A stretch of 64,000 nt of DNA from Rebecca billardiae RCC1528 (taxonomy: Eukaryota; Protista; Haptophyta), in NCBI GenBank assembly GCA_965240325.2, contig OZ251238.1, positions 186,001 through 250,000 on the forward strand, read 5' to 3'. Numbering within the stretch: position 1 is the stretch's first letter; every line of letters starts with the position of its first letter. The translations under genes were made by a program, and so were the position numbers. Below the pieces are notes generated by a model that was not told where the DNA came from, made no database searches, and worked only from the letters and a program-made list of their open reading frames with translations. This document shows positions 20,833-33,938 of the stretch, one piece after another.

Positions 20833-21741
20833 ATGCTGCGCGGCGTAAGCTTCTCAAGCTCCCGACGTCAGAAGAACGCTCGGCCCGCCTCGACGCCACC
20901 GCCTCCGAGGTCGACCTCCGGGTCAGCTCTCGCTGGTACAACACAACGAGGAGAAGCCGACGGCCGGCAGACCAACGGCGACGCCGGCGGCAGTGCCGCG
21001 GTGGCGGACGACCCCACGTCGCGGCTTTCGGTACATACGCCCGTGGCGCTGCCGCCGGACGGGCGGCGGCAGCGCGCGCTGGCGGCGATGGAGCGGGGCG
21101 GCGCAAGTGGCAAGCGGACCCTCGAGCCGCTCGGCACGCCACTCGGCCGAGTGTTCTCCACCTGCTCGCTCGACGGCGATATCGTTCAGAGCGCTGCATC
21201 CCTGCTCCGCATGGACGAGCCCATGTCCCACGACGCGCCCACAGCAACGCGCGCGGACGTGCCGTTGCATCCAGTGGATGAGGTGGCGGCGGCGCGCTCG
21301 CACGACGAGGTCGTGTCCGCCACCGACGGGCTCCACGTGCCTCCAGCCGAGGGCAGCCGCCGACCGTCCACGGCACAGTCGGCCGGCAATGGCCGGGCGG
21401 TGCCGACAGCGGGCCGTGCTGCGCAGCCCCCTGCGCGCGCAGCTGCCCCTCCGTCGCGCCCCGCGGCCCATCCGGCGCTGCCATCGCCCACGCTGCGACC
21501 GCGCACGGCGGCGTGTCGCGCGTCGGCCATCAGCGCTCGCAGCAGCAGCAGCAGCAAGCGCGACTCGATCGCGGCGTCGAAGAGCGAGGCGCTGGCGCGG
21601 TCGTCGAGTAGCAGTGAGGCGACGCCGCTGCTCTTCGCGCGCTTCCCCCGTCAGCTCGAGGAGAGCCACTCGCTCCGCGAGGTCAGGCGCGACGCCTCGG
21701 AGTCGCCGCCACCCGTCCGCCGCTCGATGCGGCCGGCGCCG

Positions 21742-21774
<33 letters not shown>

Positions 21775-24297
21775 GGGATTCGTGGCGCGTCAGAGCCGCC
21801 CGGGCCCCTCGGCAAGCCGCTCTTTGCCAACGACTCGCTTTCGTCGAGCGAGCCGCCCGACGCCAGCGACCACGCCGGCCCGCGCGACGCAGAGCACGCG
21901 CGGGCCATCGGCCTGCTCGACCTGCTCGGCGCTGTGACGGACGCGCGCTCGGAGGCGGAGCTGCACGGCGCGCTCTGCGCACACGCGCGCGCCGCGCTGG
22001 GCTGCGACGGCGTGCGGCTGCTGCGGGTGCACGAGCGCGGATGGCGCGTGGCGGCCACGCCGTACGGCACCTCACGCGCGGAGCGCACCGCGGCGGCAGG
22101 CCCGCTCATCAACGTGCCTCCGGACGTGAGCGGCGCGGCCGTGGCGCACGGCGCCGCCGTGTTTGCGCCAAGCTGGCGCGCGGCTGGCTCGGCCATGGGC
22201 GCGCGCGGTGCGGAGCGCGCGCGCAGGGCGTCGGTTGTGTACACGGCGTACGCGGCATGCCCGCTGCGCTCCTCGGCGGGCGACGGCAGCTCGAGCTCGC
22301 CCGCGACCTGGCTGCTCGAGCTCTCGTGGCCCGCGGGGTCGGCTGGCGCCCAACCGTCTTCCGCCAGCGCCGAGCACGCCGGCGCGGATGGCACCGGGAG
22401 CGCCGGCGCGGCCTGGACGAGCACGGCGGCCGTGCGCGTGGACGTGGCCTTGCGCGTGGCGCGCGCCGTGGGCAGGCAGCTGGACGCCCGCCCGCACGAC
22501 GCGGCCGACGGCGCGATGCAGCCCGCGCAGCGCTCGCCCCCCAGCGGACTGCACGACTGGAGCGCAGCGCTGCCCGCGCTCGTGTCCGCCGCGGCGCGCG
22601 CAGTCGGCGGCGGCACGGCGGCGAGCGAGGAGAGCGCGCGTGCGGCGCTGAGCGCGCTCGCGAGCGCGGTGGCGCTGCTGCCTGGCTGTGTGCACTGCGA
22701 GATCTCTGAGCTGCACCTCGCGCCCGCATCACCCGGTCGGCACGCGGCCAGCATGCCGGCGGCGGCCGCGCTGCCGAGCGGTGCGAGCGTGCGCGCCCTG
22801 GCACTCTGGGCGCACTCCGAGTCGCACGGCGCGCCGCCGGCGCCCGAGCTTGCCGTGCTCGGCGGCGAGGGCGCGGCGGTGCCGCTGAGCTCGCTGCCCG
22901 CCGCGACGGCGCATGCCATCGCCCTGGCCATTCGGTCGTTCTCGTTCGCGCCGGCCGACGGCGCCAGCCCGAGCACGCGGCGCGCACACGGCGCAGAGTC
23001 GGAGCCTCCCCCCGCCACGCCCGACGAGCAGGGCGGGAGCGCGCCGGTCGTGAGCGCCGCGGTGCTGCCCGCCGCCAGCGGCAGCAGTGGCAGCGCGCTC
23101 GTCCTCGCGCAGCTGCGCTTTGCGCCGACGACAGCGATGGGCTCGGCCGCACAGTCCGCGGCCGCAGGTGCGCGCCGAGCGCAACGCGCCGGGCGCCCAC
23201 GCGCCCACGCCATGCGCGCCGCCGCCTTCCGGTGCGACGCCAGGCATGGCTGACCGGCTTGCGCCTGTGTGCCTCCCGCCCCGCCGCTCGGCCGCCCGCT
23301 CCGCGCGCGCCGCGCCCCTCGCCGAGCAGACGTGCTCTCTGCGAGCGCCGCCTCGCTGCTGCGCGCGCGCGAGCACGTGTGCACGCGTGCGCGCGCGCGC
23401 GCGCGATGGCAGTATGCCGCGGACCGAGTGCGGCAGCGCACCAACTTGCACAAGTACGCACCCCGCGCCGCGCCGCGCGCGTGCGATCGCGCGCGCGCGC
23501 GCGCGCCTCGACGCGCGCAGCACGCCCTTCGACGCTCAGCTGCCCACCCTCGCCCCCACCGCGCGCGCTCGCGCCCGCGCCGCAGGGTGGTGGCGCGGAT
23601 GCGGGAGGCGGCAGCGCTCGCGGACGGCACCGAGGCGATCCACAGGCGCTCGCGGCTGCTGCTCGAGGCCAGCGCCGCGCTCGCCGACGCGCAGAGCGAG
23701 ATGGCGCGGGCCGCGCGCCCGGACGACGCCGCGCCGCGCCGCGCGGCCTCGGCTGCGCACGCCTACCTCGCGCGGCTGAGCGTGCTGCTCGAGGAGTGCA
23801 TGGGCGTGGGCTCTGCGAGCGCGGTGCTGGTCGAGCCGCGGAGCAACGGGCTGCGCGCGGTGCACACCGCGGTGCGCGGGCGCGCGGGTGACGGGAGCTC
23901 GGACGCTGCCGTGCGCGCCGCCATCTCTCTGCTCTCCGCCGCGGCCGTCGGTCGCGCCGAGACGGTGCTCGTCGAGCCCGGCCGAGCGCAGCGCGGAGAC
24001 GGCGGGCTCTCGGCGGCGCGCTCGGTCGCGCTGGGCGGCAGCTCTGCGCTGGCCGTGCCGCTCGTGTGCATGGGCGACGTGGTCGCAGGCGCGCTGCAGC
24101 TCGTCGGACGGGCGGACGGGCACGAGGGCCCCGCCGGGCTCTACGCGCGGGCCGGCCAGCCGAGGCCCTTCGACGCGGAGGACGTGGCCGCGGTGAAGGC
24201 GGCCGCGAGGCAGGCCGCGTGCCTGCTCGAGCTCGCGTGTGCGCGCGCCGGCGTTGAGCACCCTGGCGAGCTCGTGGCGCTGGCCCTTGGCTCTTGA
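20833..24297 (+). CDS. GAF-domain protein without an evident output domain; introns/micro-exons between 23168 and 23585
   Basis: GAF-like segments ALCAHARAALGCDGVRLLRV and SALAVPLVCMGDVVAGALQLVGRADG...PFDAEDVAAVKAAARQAA. Donor GT at 23168; acceptors at 23329, 23412 and 23585. Confidence 0.7.
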
Positions 24298-24615
24298 CGA
24301 TAAGTGGGGTTATTGGTACAATAACTGATTGTCTAAGAGGACGACAAGAACGCCGGGCGCCAGCGCCGCTCATCAGCCACGACATCGCCCTCTACCGACC
24401 ATCGCCTCAAAGGGCGCTGCTCCCGGACAAACAGTCTGTCCGGGTTGTTCTTTCTGCCGCCCAGGAGATCGGTTTCCGGCGCCGGCCTCTGCAGCCTGCT
24501 TCGCCAGGCGCGGCGTGCGAGATGGCTCCAGCCAAGCTCGTCCTGCGTCGCCGGCGGCGGCGGCTCGCACGCGGGTGGCGCGTCGCGTGCACCGACCAAC
24601 ATCTTTCGGCTAAGG

Positions 24616-24616
<1 letters not shown>

Positions 24617-24695
<79 letters not shown>
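24617..24695. repeat. (TA)n microsatellite
   Basis: Perfect TA run of ~79 bp. Confidence 0.95.
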
Positions 24696-25221
<526 letters not shown>

Positions 25222-25250
25222 TACGTCGATCATCGTCGTCATCGTCGTCG

Positions 25251-27048
25251 TCATCCGGCTGCGGGCGGATCGGCATCATCAGCCAGCGAGCGGCCGGCGT
25301 GCGCACCGATGCACAGCCCTGCCATCAGGCGCGCCGCCTGCGCGGCGGCCTGCTGCTCGGCGTAGCCGTGCGCTCGCGCCGCCGCGCTGGCGGCGGCGTC
25401 GGCGTGCGGCGCCTCGGCCTCCTCGGCGGCGTGCGCGTGGTGCGTGTCCGCGTGCGCGCGTGCCGCCCAGCCCTCCACGTCCAACAGCAGCCCGGCGCTG
25501 CTGCCGCTGGAGGAGGGGGCGCGCGCACCGCTGAGCGCGGCGCGCAGGAGCGCGCGCGGGCACTCGACCACGGCGTGCGCGCTGCCGTCCGCGCCGAAGA
25601 GGAGCGCGCCCTCCTCCTCCTCCTCCTCCCCCTCCTCGCCCTCCGCCTCCGCCTCGCTGCCCTCCGCGTCCGCGTCCGCCGCGCCGTCTGCGCCGCCACC
25701 GTGCGCGCGCCAGACTGAGCTGAGAGGCAGCGCGACAGGCAGAGGCGCGGGCAGCGGCGCGAGCGCGCCCGCCGCGCGCGCGGCGCGGTGGCCGAGCGGG
25801 TGCAGGTGCAGCAGCGTGGGCAGGAGCACCGCCTCCTCCCCGTCGTCGCCCCGCGCGGCGGCGCGCGCCAGCGCGGCGTGCACGAGCGCGCCGCCCGCGC
25901 GCGCGCACAGCCAGCCGCCGCCTCCGCCGCCGCCGCCGCCGCCGCAGCCGCCGGCTCGCGCGCTGCCGAGGGGCAGCAGCGCGCGCACGGGCGCGGAGGG
26001 ACACGCGCAGGGCGGCGCGCGCGGCGGCTCCTCGGCCGCACCGCCGCCGCCCGGCGGCGCGGCGGCGGGCTGGGCCGCGCCCGCGCCCGCCGCCGGCTCC
26101 TCCGCGGCCGAGGGCGCGGGCAGCCACACCGGGCGCGCGCACGGCGCCAGCCTTAGCGCCGGCTCGGCCGCGCCGCCGGCCGCCGCCGCCGCGCCCGCCG
26201 CCTCGAGCGCGCGCGCCACGCGGCCGTCAAGCGCCCACGCGCACAGGAAGGCGTGGGTGGCCGTGGGCGCGCGCTCGGCCGCGCCGCCGGCCGCGCCGCC
26301 GCCCGCCGCGGGCGGCGCGCGCGGCAGGCTGCAGCTCGCAGCCGCCAGCAGCACACCGCGCCGCGCGCTCAGCGCCGTGAGCGCGCAGCGCGCGGGGCCG
26401 CGCGCGCCCGCCTCGACGGCCGCCTGCCACGCGGCCGCAGCCCAGCCGGGCGGCGGCTCGGCGGGCGGCGCGGCGTCGGCGCGCGCGCACAGCGCCAGCT
26501 CGACGCGCGGCGGCGCAGCTGCCCCGCCCGCCGCGCCGCCCTCCTCCGCCCCGGCGGGCCGCGCGGCGCGCGGTGCGTACACGCACACGGCCGCGCCCGC
26601 GGCGGCGGCGACCGCGCCCGCGCCGAGGGGCTCGAGCGCGGGGCACGGCGCCAAGGTGGGGCCTGTCGCGCCGCCGGCCGCGGCGTCGGCGGCGTGCGCC
26701 GCCGCGGGGGGCAGCGGCACGCTCGCGAGCAGCCGCAGCCCGCCAGCCTCCTCCTCCTCCTCCGCCGCCGCCGCCGCCTCCGCCCGCTGCGGCCGCCCCG
26801 CGCCGCCGCCGCCGCCGTGCGCGCGCACGCCCCAGCAGCTGAGCACGGGCGCGCCGCCGCGCGCTGGCACGCTCGCGCAGTAGCAGCCGAGCTGCGCGGC
26901 CGCCCAGCTCGGCGCGCGCCCCTCGCCGAGCGCGCCGCCGCCCGCGTGCGCCGGCGTCGCCGCCGCGAGCGCGCTGATGGCGTGCGGCGCGCCTCCGAGC
27001 ATCAGCGGCCGCCCCAGCAGCGGCCGCGCGCGCGACACACCGCGCCGC

Positions 27049-27089
<41 letters not shown>

Positions 27090-27468
27090 CGGCGCGAGCG
27101 CGAGCAACACGTCTGCGCGCGCGGCCGCGGCGGCGTCGGCGTCGGGCGCGGCCGCGTGCGCGTGCGCGCTCGGCGCGCACGCCACGACGAACGCGTCGCT
27201 GATTGGCTCGTGGCACGCGAGCAGCGGCGCGGACGGCAGCGGCGCGTTGGCCCACACCCAGCGGGCGCGCGCGCCCACGCTGCCCAGGCGCAGCGCGCCG
27301 CCGCCGTCCACCCAGACCAGCCACGCGCGCGCGGCGCGCGGCGGGGGCGGGGGCGCGGCGGTGCCGGCGGCGTGCGCCGCGCGCGCCGCGCCGTCCGCCG
27401 TGCGCGGGCGCGACACGCCGCCCGCCGCCGCAGGCAGTCTCACCACAGCCGCCGCCTGCACAGCGCAC

Positions 27469-27513
<45 letters not shown>

Positions 27514-29392
27514 AGTCCGCTCAGCCGCGCATGCTGCACGCAGCCGCGCCATGCGCCGCCGCGCGCGCGCGCGCGCGGCTCGCGCGCCGCGTCCGCGCGG
27601 AGGCGGAGCAAGTGCCCGCCGCCCGCGGGCGCGAGCACGAGCCGGCCGGCGGCGGCAGCCTCGCCCTCAGCGGCGGCGTCCGCCGCCGCGTCCGCCGCCG
27701 CGTCATCGCCGTGCGGCGCCGCCAGCGCCGCGCGCACCCACGCCACTGTCCCCGCGACCGACGAGCCCGCACCGTGCCGCGCGCCGGCCCCCGCGCCACC
27801 GCCGCCGCCGCCGCCCCCCGCGCCCGCGCGCCGCTCCCCGTGGGGCCGCAGCAGCGGCATCTCGAGCAGCGCCTCGATCGGCTCGTCAGCCAGCGCGCAC
27901 ACGGCCAGCGTGCTGCAGCGCGCGTACGGCTGCGGCGCAGCGCGCGCGGCGCGCCCGCCCTCGGCGCCGCCCTCGGCGCCGGGCGGCTCCTCGTCGCAGT
28001 AGTCGAGCGCGCACACGCCCACGCGCCCGTCCGCCAGCCCCGCCCACAGCGTGTGCGAGCCGCACCGCGCGCCGCCCGCGCGCGGCGCGCCTGCCGGGAG
28101 CAGCAGCAGCGATCGGACGGCCGCGGCCGCGCACGCGCCATCGCCGCCGCCGCCGCCGCTGCCGCCGCCATCGGCGTCGGCGTCGGCGTCGGCGTCGTCG
28201 GCCGGCGCGGTCGCGTGCAGCAGGCGCAGCCGCCAGCGCGCCGGCCGCGGCTCGGCGGGCGCCGCGCCCGCGCCCTCGACCGCCGCGCGCACCGCCGGCT
28301 GTGCCGCGGCCGGCTGCGCCGTGAGTGCGTACACGTTCAATCGCTTGCTCACCCACTCACCAAGGGCAAGCGTGCACGCGTGCGCGGCGCCGCGCGCCGT
28401 GCGCTCGTCGGGGCCGGCGCGCGCGTCGAGCGCGAGCGCGGAGGCGGGCCGCGCCATCCGCGTGCACAGCAGCAGCTCGAGCGGCGGCGGCGCGTCCGCA
28501 GCCCCCTCGCCACCCACGCCCGCGCCCGCGCCCGCCGCGCCGCCGTGCGAGCCGGCGGCCGCGGGCGCGCGCGCGCGCAGTACGCACACGCGCGCGTCCG
28601 CGAGCGCGATCGCGACGCAGTCGGCGGCGGCCGCGGCGTGCGCGATGAGCGCGGGCGCGCCGCCGTCGGGCTGCGGCGTCCACGCGTGCAGCAGCGCGTG
28701 CGGCGGCTCCGCGCCCAGCAGCCGCACCGCCCGCCTCGTCACCTGCACTAGCCTGGCGCACGCGCCCAGCGCACACACCAGCTTGGAGGCGCTGCCTCCG
28801 TCCAGTCCGTCTGCGCGCGCGGGCGCCCACGGCTGCGCGCCGCCGGGCGCGTCGGGCTCGGCCGCGCCGAGCTCGAGCAGCGCCGTCTGCTCGGGGAACG
28901 CGAAGGAGAACGCGAGGTACCGGTGGGGCAACACGGAGCGGTGCGGCGGCGCGTGCGCGCGCGGCGGCGCGCGCGCGCCGCCGCCCGGCGGCTGCGAGGG
29001 CGCGCGCCGCGCCGGGGGCGGCGCCGCACTGCCCACGGCCCAGAGCGAGACGCCGGCGGCGCCGAGGCTCGCCCCGCCCACGGTGAAGCGGCGCAGCCGG
29101 TGCGCGAACGAGCCGACGCTCAGCCAGCCGCCGCCGCCGCCGCCGGGCGCTCCGCCGAGCAGCGCGAGCGCCGCGCCGCCGCCGCCGCCGCCGCGGCGCG
29201 CGCCGAGCGCGCACGAGAGCAGGCCTGCGCACGCGCGCGCGCCGGCGCACGGGCCGTGCGCGAGCTGCGCCGGGAGCGGCGGCGGCGTCGCGCGCGCCGC
29301 GTCCGCATCCACCTCCTCCTCGCCGCCCGCCGTCGCCGCAGCCTCCCCGTCGCTCTCGTCGCCATCACCACCGCCATCGCCGCCGCCACCAG

Positions 29393-29424
<32 letters not shown>

Positions 29425-31019
29425 GCCGCGTCGGCCGCGCCGTCCGCGCTGCTCGCGGCGACCCAGCCGTCGAGCCCCGCGCTGCCGGCGGGGCGCGCGC
29501 AGCTGAGCGCGAGCGAGGCGCCGCCGTGCGCGCACAGCAGCACCACCTCGCCGCCGCGCAGCGAGAGCGCGCCCGCCAGCCCGCCGCCGCGCCGCGCATG
29601 CTCGCACACCCACGCCGCGCCGCGCGCCGCCGCGCCGCGCGCCGCCGCGGCCGCGCGCGCGCCGCCGCGCCAGCGCACGCGCGACACGGCGAGCGCGACG
29701 GCGAGCGGCGCGTCTTGCGGCGCGCGCGGCGCGCGCGGCGCGGCGCCGGCTGCGCGCGCGCCCGCCTCGCGCACGCCGAGCACGCAGAGCGAGCCGTCCG
29801 CTCCGACGAGCAGCAGCGCGGCGTCGCCCTGGCGCGCGGCCGCGGCGGCGGTGCTGCGCGCCGCGCGCGCGCCCGAGCCCGCCGCCGCGCGCGCGCCCGC
29901 GGAGGGGGCGCGCGAGGCGCCGAGCGGCGCGACGGGGCACGCGGCGATCGCGGGCGCGCCCAGCGGCAGCGCCGTGCGCGCGCCGCCGCGCAGCAGCCAC
30001 GCGTGCGCGCCGCTCACGCAGAGCGTGCCCGCGCGCGTGGGCGCAAACAGCGGCGGCGCCGGCAGCGGCAGCGCGGCCGGCGGCAGCTGCGGCGTGCCGA
30101 GCGTGGCGCGGCCGGCGCGCACGCTGAGCCCGAGCAGCGCGCACGCGCCGCCGGCGCCGCCGCCCTCGAGCGCGCACGACGGCCGCGGCCCCGCCGCCGG
30201 CCGCGCGCCGAGCAGCAGCGAGCACGCGGCCGAGCCGGCGGCGGCGCGCGCGGCGCGCGGCGCGCTCGGCTCAGCCGGCTCGGCCGCGCCGGCCGCGTCG
30301 GCGTTGGGCGCGGGCGCGTCGGCGCGCGCGGGCGGCGCGCCCGCGCGTGCGCCGCCGCCGCCCAGCGCCGCGTCCCACGCGCAGTGCAGCGCCACCACCT
30401 CGCCCACGCCGTCCGCGCCCTCGGCCGCGCCGCCCGCGCCGCCTGTGCCCAGATATGCGTGCACGCCCGCACTGCCGTGCGAGAGCGGGACGGGCGCGGC
30501 GTGGACGCGCGCGGGCGCCCACGCGCCGTCGGGCGCGCGCGGCAGCCCGCGCACGCGGAGCACGTGCAGCTCCGCCGCCGCGAGCTGGCAGTACACGTCG
30601 TACCCGCCGCGCGCGGCCGCGGCCGTGCCGAGGGCGCCCGCGCGCGCGTGCTGGAGGTGCGCGTGCGCGCGCGCGGAGAGCTCGAGCGCGCCGGCGTGCG
30701 CCTCGTGCCAGCTGGGCGAGGTGGGCGCCGAGCCGCCGCGCGCGAAGCGGTAGATCACCCAGCCCAGTGCGCCGCCCGCGCCGCGCACGACGACGAGCAG
30801 CGCGGCGTGCGCGCGCAGCGGCGCGGACAGCACGTGCGCGCCCGCGAGCGGCACGCGGCCGCAGGGGCGCAGGGCGCGGGACTCGGGGTCGAGGGCGTAC
30901 AGCTCGAGCGCGAGCGACCGGCACACCACGGCCAGCTCGGCGCCGTCCGCCTCGAGCGCGTGCGCCGCGAGCGCGTGCGCGCCGGGCAGCAGCTCGCCGA
31001 CAACGGCTCCTGGCGGCAT
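25251..31019 (-). CDS. Divergent DDB1/SF3B3/CPSF160-family beta-propeller protein with low-complexity insertions
   Basis: Ordered motifs [64 protein letters not shown]...[13 protein letters not shown] track the DDB1 BPB-BPC region. ATG at 31019 (MPPGAV). Confidence 0.7.
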
Positions 31020-31207
31020 CGCTGCGACCACAACCGGCTGCCCCACAGCGGAAGTCCGGGCCGTGCGGGTGCACAAGGGTGCAGTCCGGGTCGAGGAGTC
31101 CTCCCCTCGCGAGGCCGCCGAAGCGCCGCGCACGTGCGAAGGCGGCGCCGCCCCGCCCTTGGCCACCCGCGCGCGCGCGCGCCACCGGGCCGTCTGCGCG
31201 GCGCGCC

Positions 31208-32456
31208 ATGCCGGCGCCGTCGCTGACCCTCGTCGATCGCACCGTCGAGTCGCTCGGCGTCGACCCCGCCCTCGCGAGCGCGCTCGGCGCCGCGCTGAGC
31301 ACGAGCGTGCTCGCGGCCAACTCTGCGCTCGTGTTCGGCGCGGGGCTCGGCGCCAAGTTCCCGCTCTCGGTGCTGTTCATGCAGTCGATCGTGATGCTCG
31401 CGTGCTACGCGATCACCGCCCCCTTCAACCGCGGCGCGCCCGCCAGCCTCTCGCTCAAGATGTTCCGCGCCGCCGCGCCGCCGGCCGGTCTGTGGGTGCT
31501 GAGCGCGTGGACGGGCGCGCGCGTGCTCGCCGCGTACGGGATCACGTCGTACACGGCGACGCACGCGGCCGCGGCGATGCTCACCGTGCTCGGCGAGGGC
31601 CTCCTCTTCCGCGAGGCCGTCGCGCGCCTCGTGCTCTGCTCCACGCTCGCGCTCTTCCTCGGCGGCGTGCTCGCGGCCTCGGCCGAGCGCTCGGCGCTCG
31701 ACACCGGTGCGCGCGCGCGCGTTCGCGCGCTCGCGCGCGCGCGCGCTCGCCGTGCCGCGCGTCGCCGACGCCGCCCGCCCGTCCCCTCGCGCGCGCGCAC
31801 ACACACGCTCCCCGCCCCCGCGCCCGCCAGGCGAGTCGATGCCGCTCTCCGCGGCCGTGCACGCGCTCTCACTGAGCGGCTTCCTGCTGTGCTGCCGCGC
31901 GACGTTCCCGCCGGGCGCGCTAGCCAAGCAGCGCGCGATCCACATCACGCTGCTCGGCGCGCTGATGCTCGGGGTCGCGTGCGCCGTGGCCGAGTCGTCC
32001 GAGCTCGTCTCGCAGCCCGCGAGCGCCGCCGAGCACATCGCGCTGCCGCTGCTGAGCGGCGGCGTGCTGCGCGCGTGCGCCACTGTCGCGCTGCTCTGGT
32101 GTCTTTCACACGCGAGCGCTGGCACGTGCGGCCTCGCCGTGGCGTACGCCGCGCTGCCCGCGATCCCGGCGGCGGGGCTCGCGATCCGGCTGCTCGCGCC
32201 CGCGCTCGTGCACGCCGCGGGCGACGACGCCAGCCCCTCCGGCCTCGCCTCGCTCGGGCTGGCCGGCAGCCCACGGAGTGCCCTCAGCGCCGCAGGCGTG
32301 GGCCTGATGCTGCTGGCAGGCTGCTGCTTCGGCTACAGCAAGGAGCGCCAACGCCGCCTCGAGTTCCTGCTGCGCGGCGCGGACGACGCGGCGGAGGAGA
32401 CGGCGGGGCTCGTCGCGGACGAGGAGACCACCGGGCTCACGGCCGGTGCGGACTGA
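31208..32456 (+). CDS. Nucleotide-sugar/TPT-family (SLC35D/GONST-like) transporter; intron 31707-31830
   Basis: ~9-10 hydrophobic helices; FPLSVLFMQS, LTVLGEGLLF; GT-AG intron restores the frame. Confidence 0.75.
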
Positions 32457-32478
32457 GCCGCCGCCTTGCCCTCGGCCG

Positions 32479-32619
32479 CGTGCGTGCGCGTGCGTGCGCG
32501 TGCGTGTGCGTGCGTGCGCGTGCGTGCGCGTGCGTGCGCGTGCGTGCGCGTGCGTGCGCGTGCGTGCGCGTGCGTGCGCGTGCGTGCGCGTGCGTGCGCG
32601 TGCGTGCGCGTGCGTGCGC
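32479..32619. repeat. (GCGTGCGTGC)n 10-bp tandem repeat of alternating purine-pyrimidine
   Basis: About 14 units directly after the transporter stop codon. Confidence 0.9.
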
Positions 32620-33938
32620 GGCAGCGGCCGAGCTCGGAGGGCGGCCGCGCTGGCTGCACTCCGCGCGCGTGGTGTGTGTGCGTGTGCGTGTGCGTGTGCG
32701 TGTGCGTGTGCAGCCGCACCGCACCGACGCCGCAGGCGCAGCAGCCGGCTGCGCTGTGCGCACGCCTCGAGGGCGCGCGCGCTGCCGCGCCGCGCCGCGG
32801 GCGGGGAGAGGCCGCGGAGCGGTGGAGCGGTGGAGCCGTGGAGCCGTGTCCTCCTCACCGTCCTCACGCGCGCGCGCGCCAGAGGAGGAGGACACGGCGG
32901 CTGTGGCCCACTGGCTCCGCCGATCCGCGCGGCGCCCGGTCTCGCCGTGCGCACCCGGCCGCCGGCTGGCTCGAATCCGGTGCCTCCGCCTGTACCGCCC
33001 GGCCAACCGCCATGATTGGGCCGTCATGCGAGCCGCCGCCAGGCGCCGGCCCCTCGCCCCGTCTGCCGGCCGAGCAACCGCAAAGTCAGAGTGAGTGACT
33101 CAGAGTCGCATTGCCGCCACGGCCCGCCACTGACAGGCCTGCCCGAGACTGGCCTCAGCACGCCAGCAGTGATCTGCAGCCATGACGCCCATCACGGCTG
33201 CCACGCTGCAGCTAGGAGCAGTGCCGGGCTGCTCGGGCATTTCAGGCCGGAATTCCTCAGCACCGGACAGCCTCAGTTCGCCTGGCGGCTTGGGGAGCAA
33301 ACCCTCAGTATCGGGCGATGGCGACCAATCTGGCACGCACCACGCGCGCTGCGCAGGCTGATGCGCGGCCCTCGCGGCGCGCACGCTCGCGCGCGCTGGG
33401 CGGATGGCACCGGGAGACATGGAGGATCATCCCCGTCCCTTCTCGCCCCGCACTCTCGCCTCTCTCCGCCGCGCAGGACCTGTTGCATTACGCCCGGCCC
33501 GGCCCGGTCTGCGGCCGCGCGCTCTCGAGGCTGCGCGCGTGGCCCATCCAGGGCGAGTTTCGAGGCGCTCTCGAGCTTGGCACGTCGGGGCATATACATG
33601 GGCAACTGCCGCAAGCGCTCGCGCCCGTGCGCGTGGCGAGTCGCCGGCGCTGGGCGATCTACTGAGGGTCGTGCAGTGTCGCAACTCAGCCGTCGACAGC
33701 TGCCATCCGCGTAGGGGTGCGTGCGCGCCCACTTACGGTCACGTCGGCGCGTCGAGGTGGGCAGATTGCGGCCTATAGATGCTGCTACGATCATAGTAGG
33801 CGGCGTCGATCGCGAGCGTGCGTGCGGTAGCCTGAGCTGAGGCGCCGGTCGGTGCGCCGCGGCCGCCCGGGCGGCGCCGGGCACGACGACCGGAGTCAGA
33901 GGCGGCCGCAGACCGGGCGAGCGTGGTCGTGCGTTCGC

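Noticed and set aside
33016-33884. Several 100-230 aa ORFs
   Set aside because: No motif or codon-bias support
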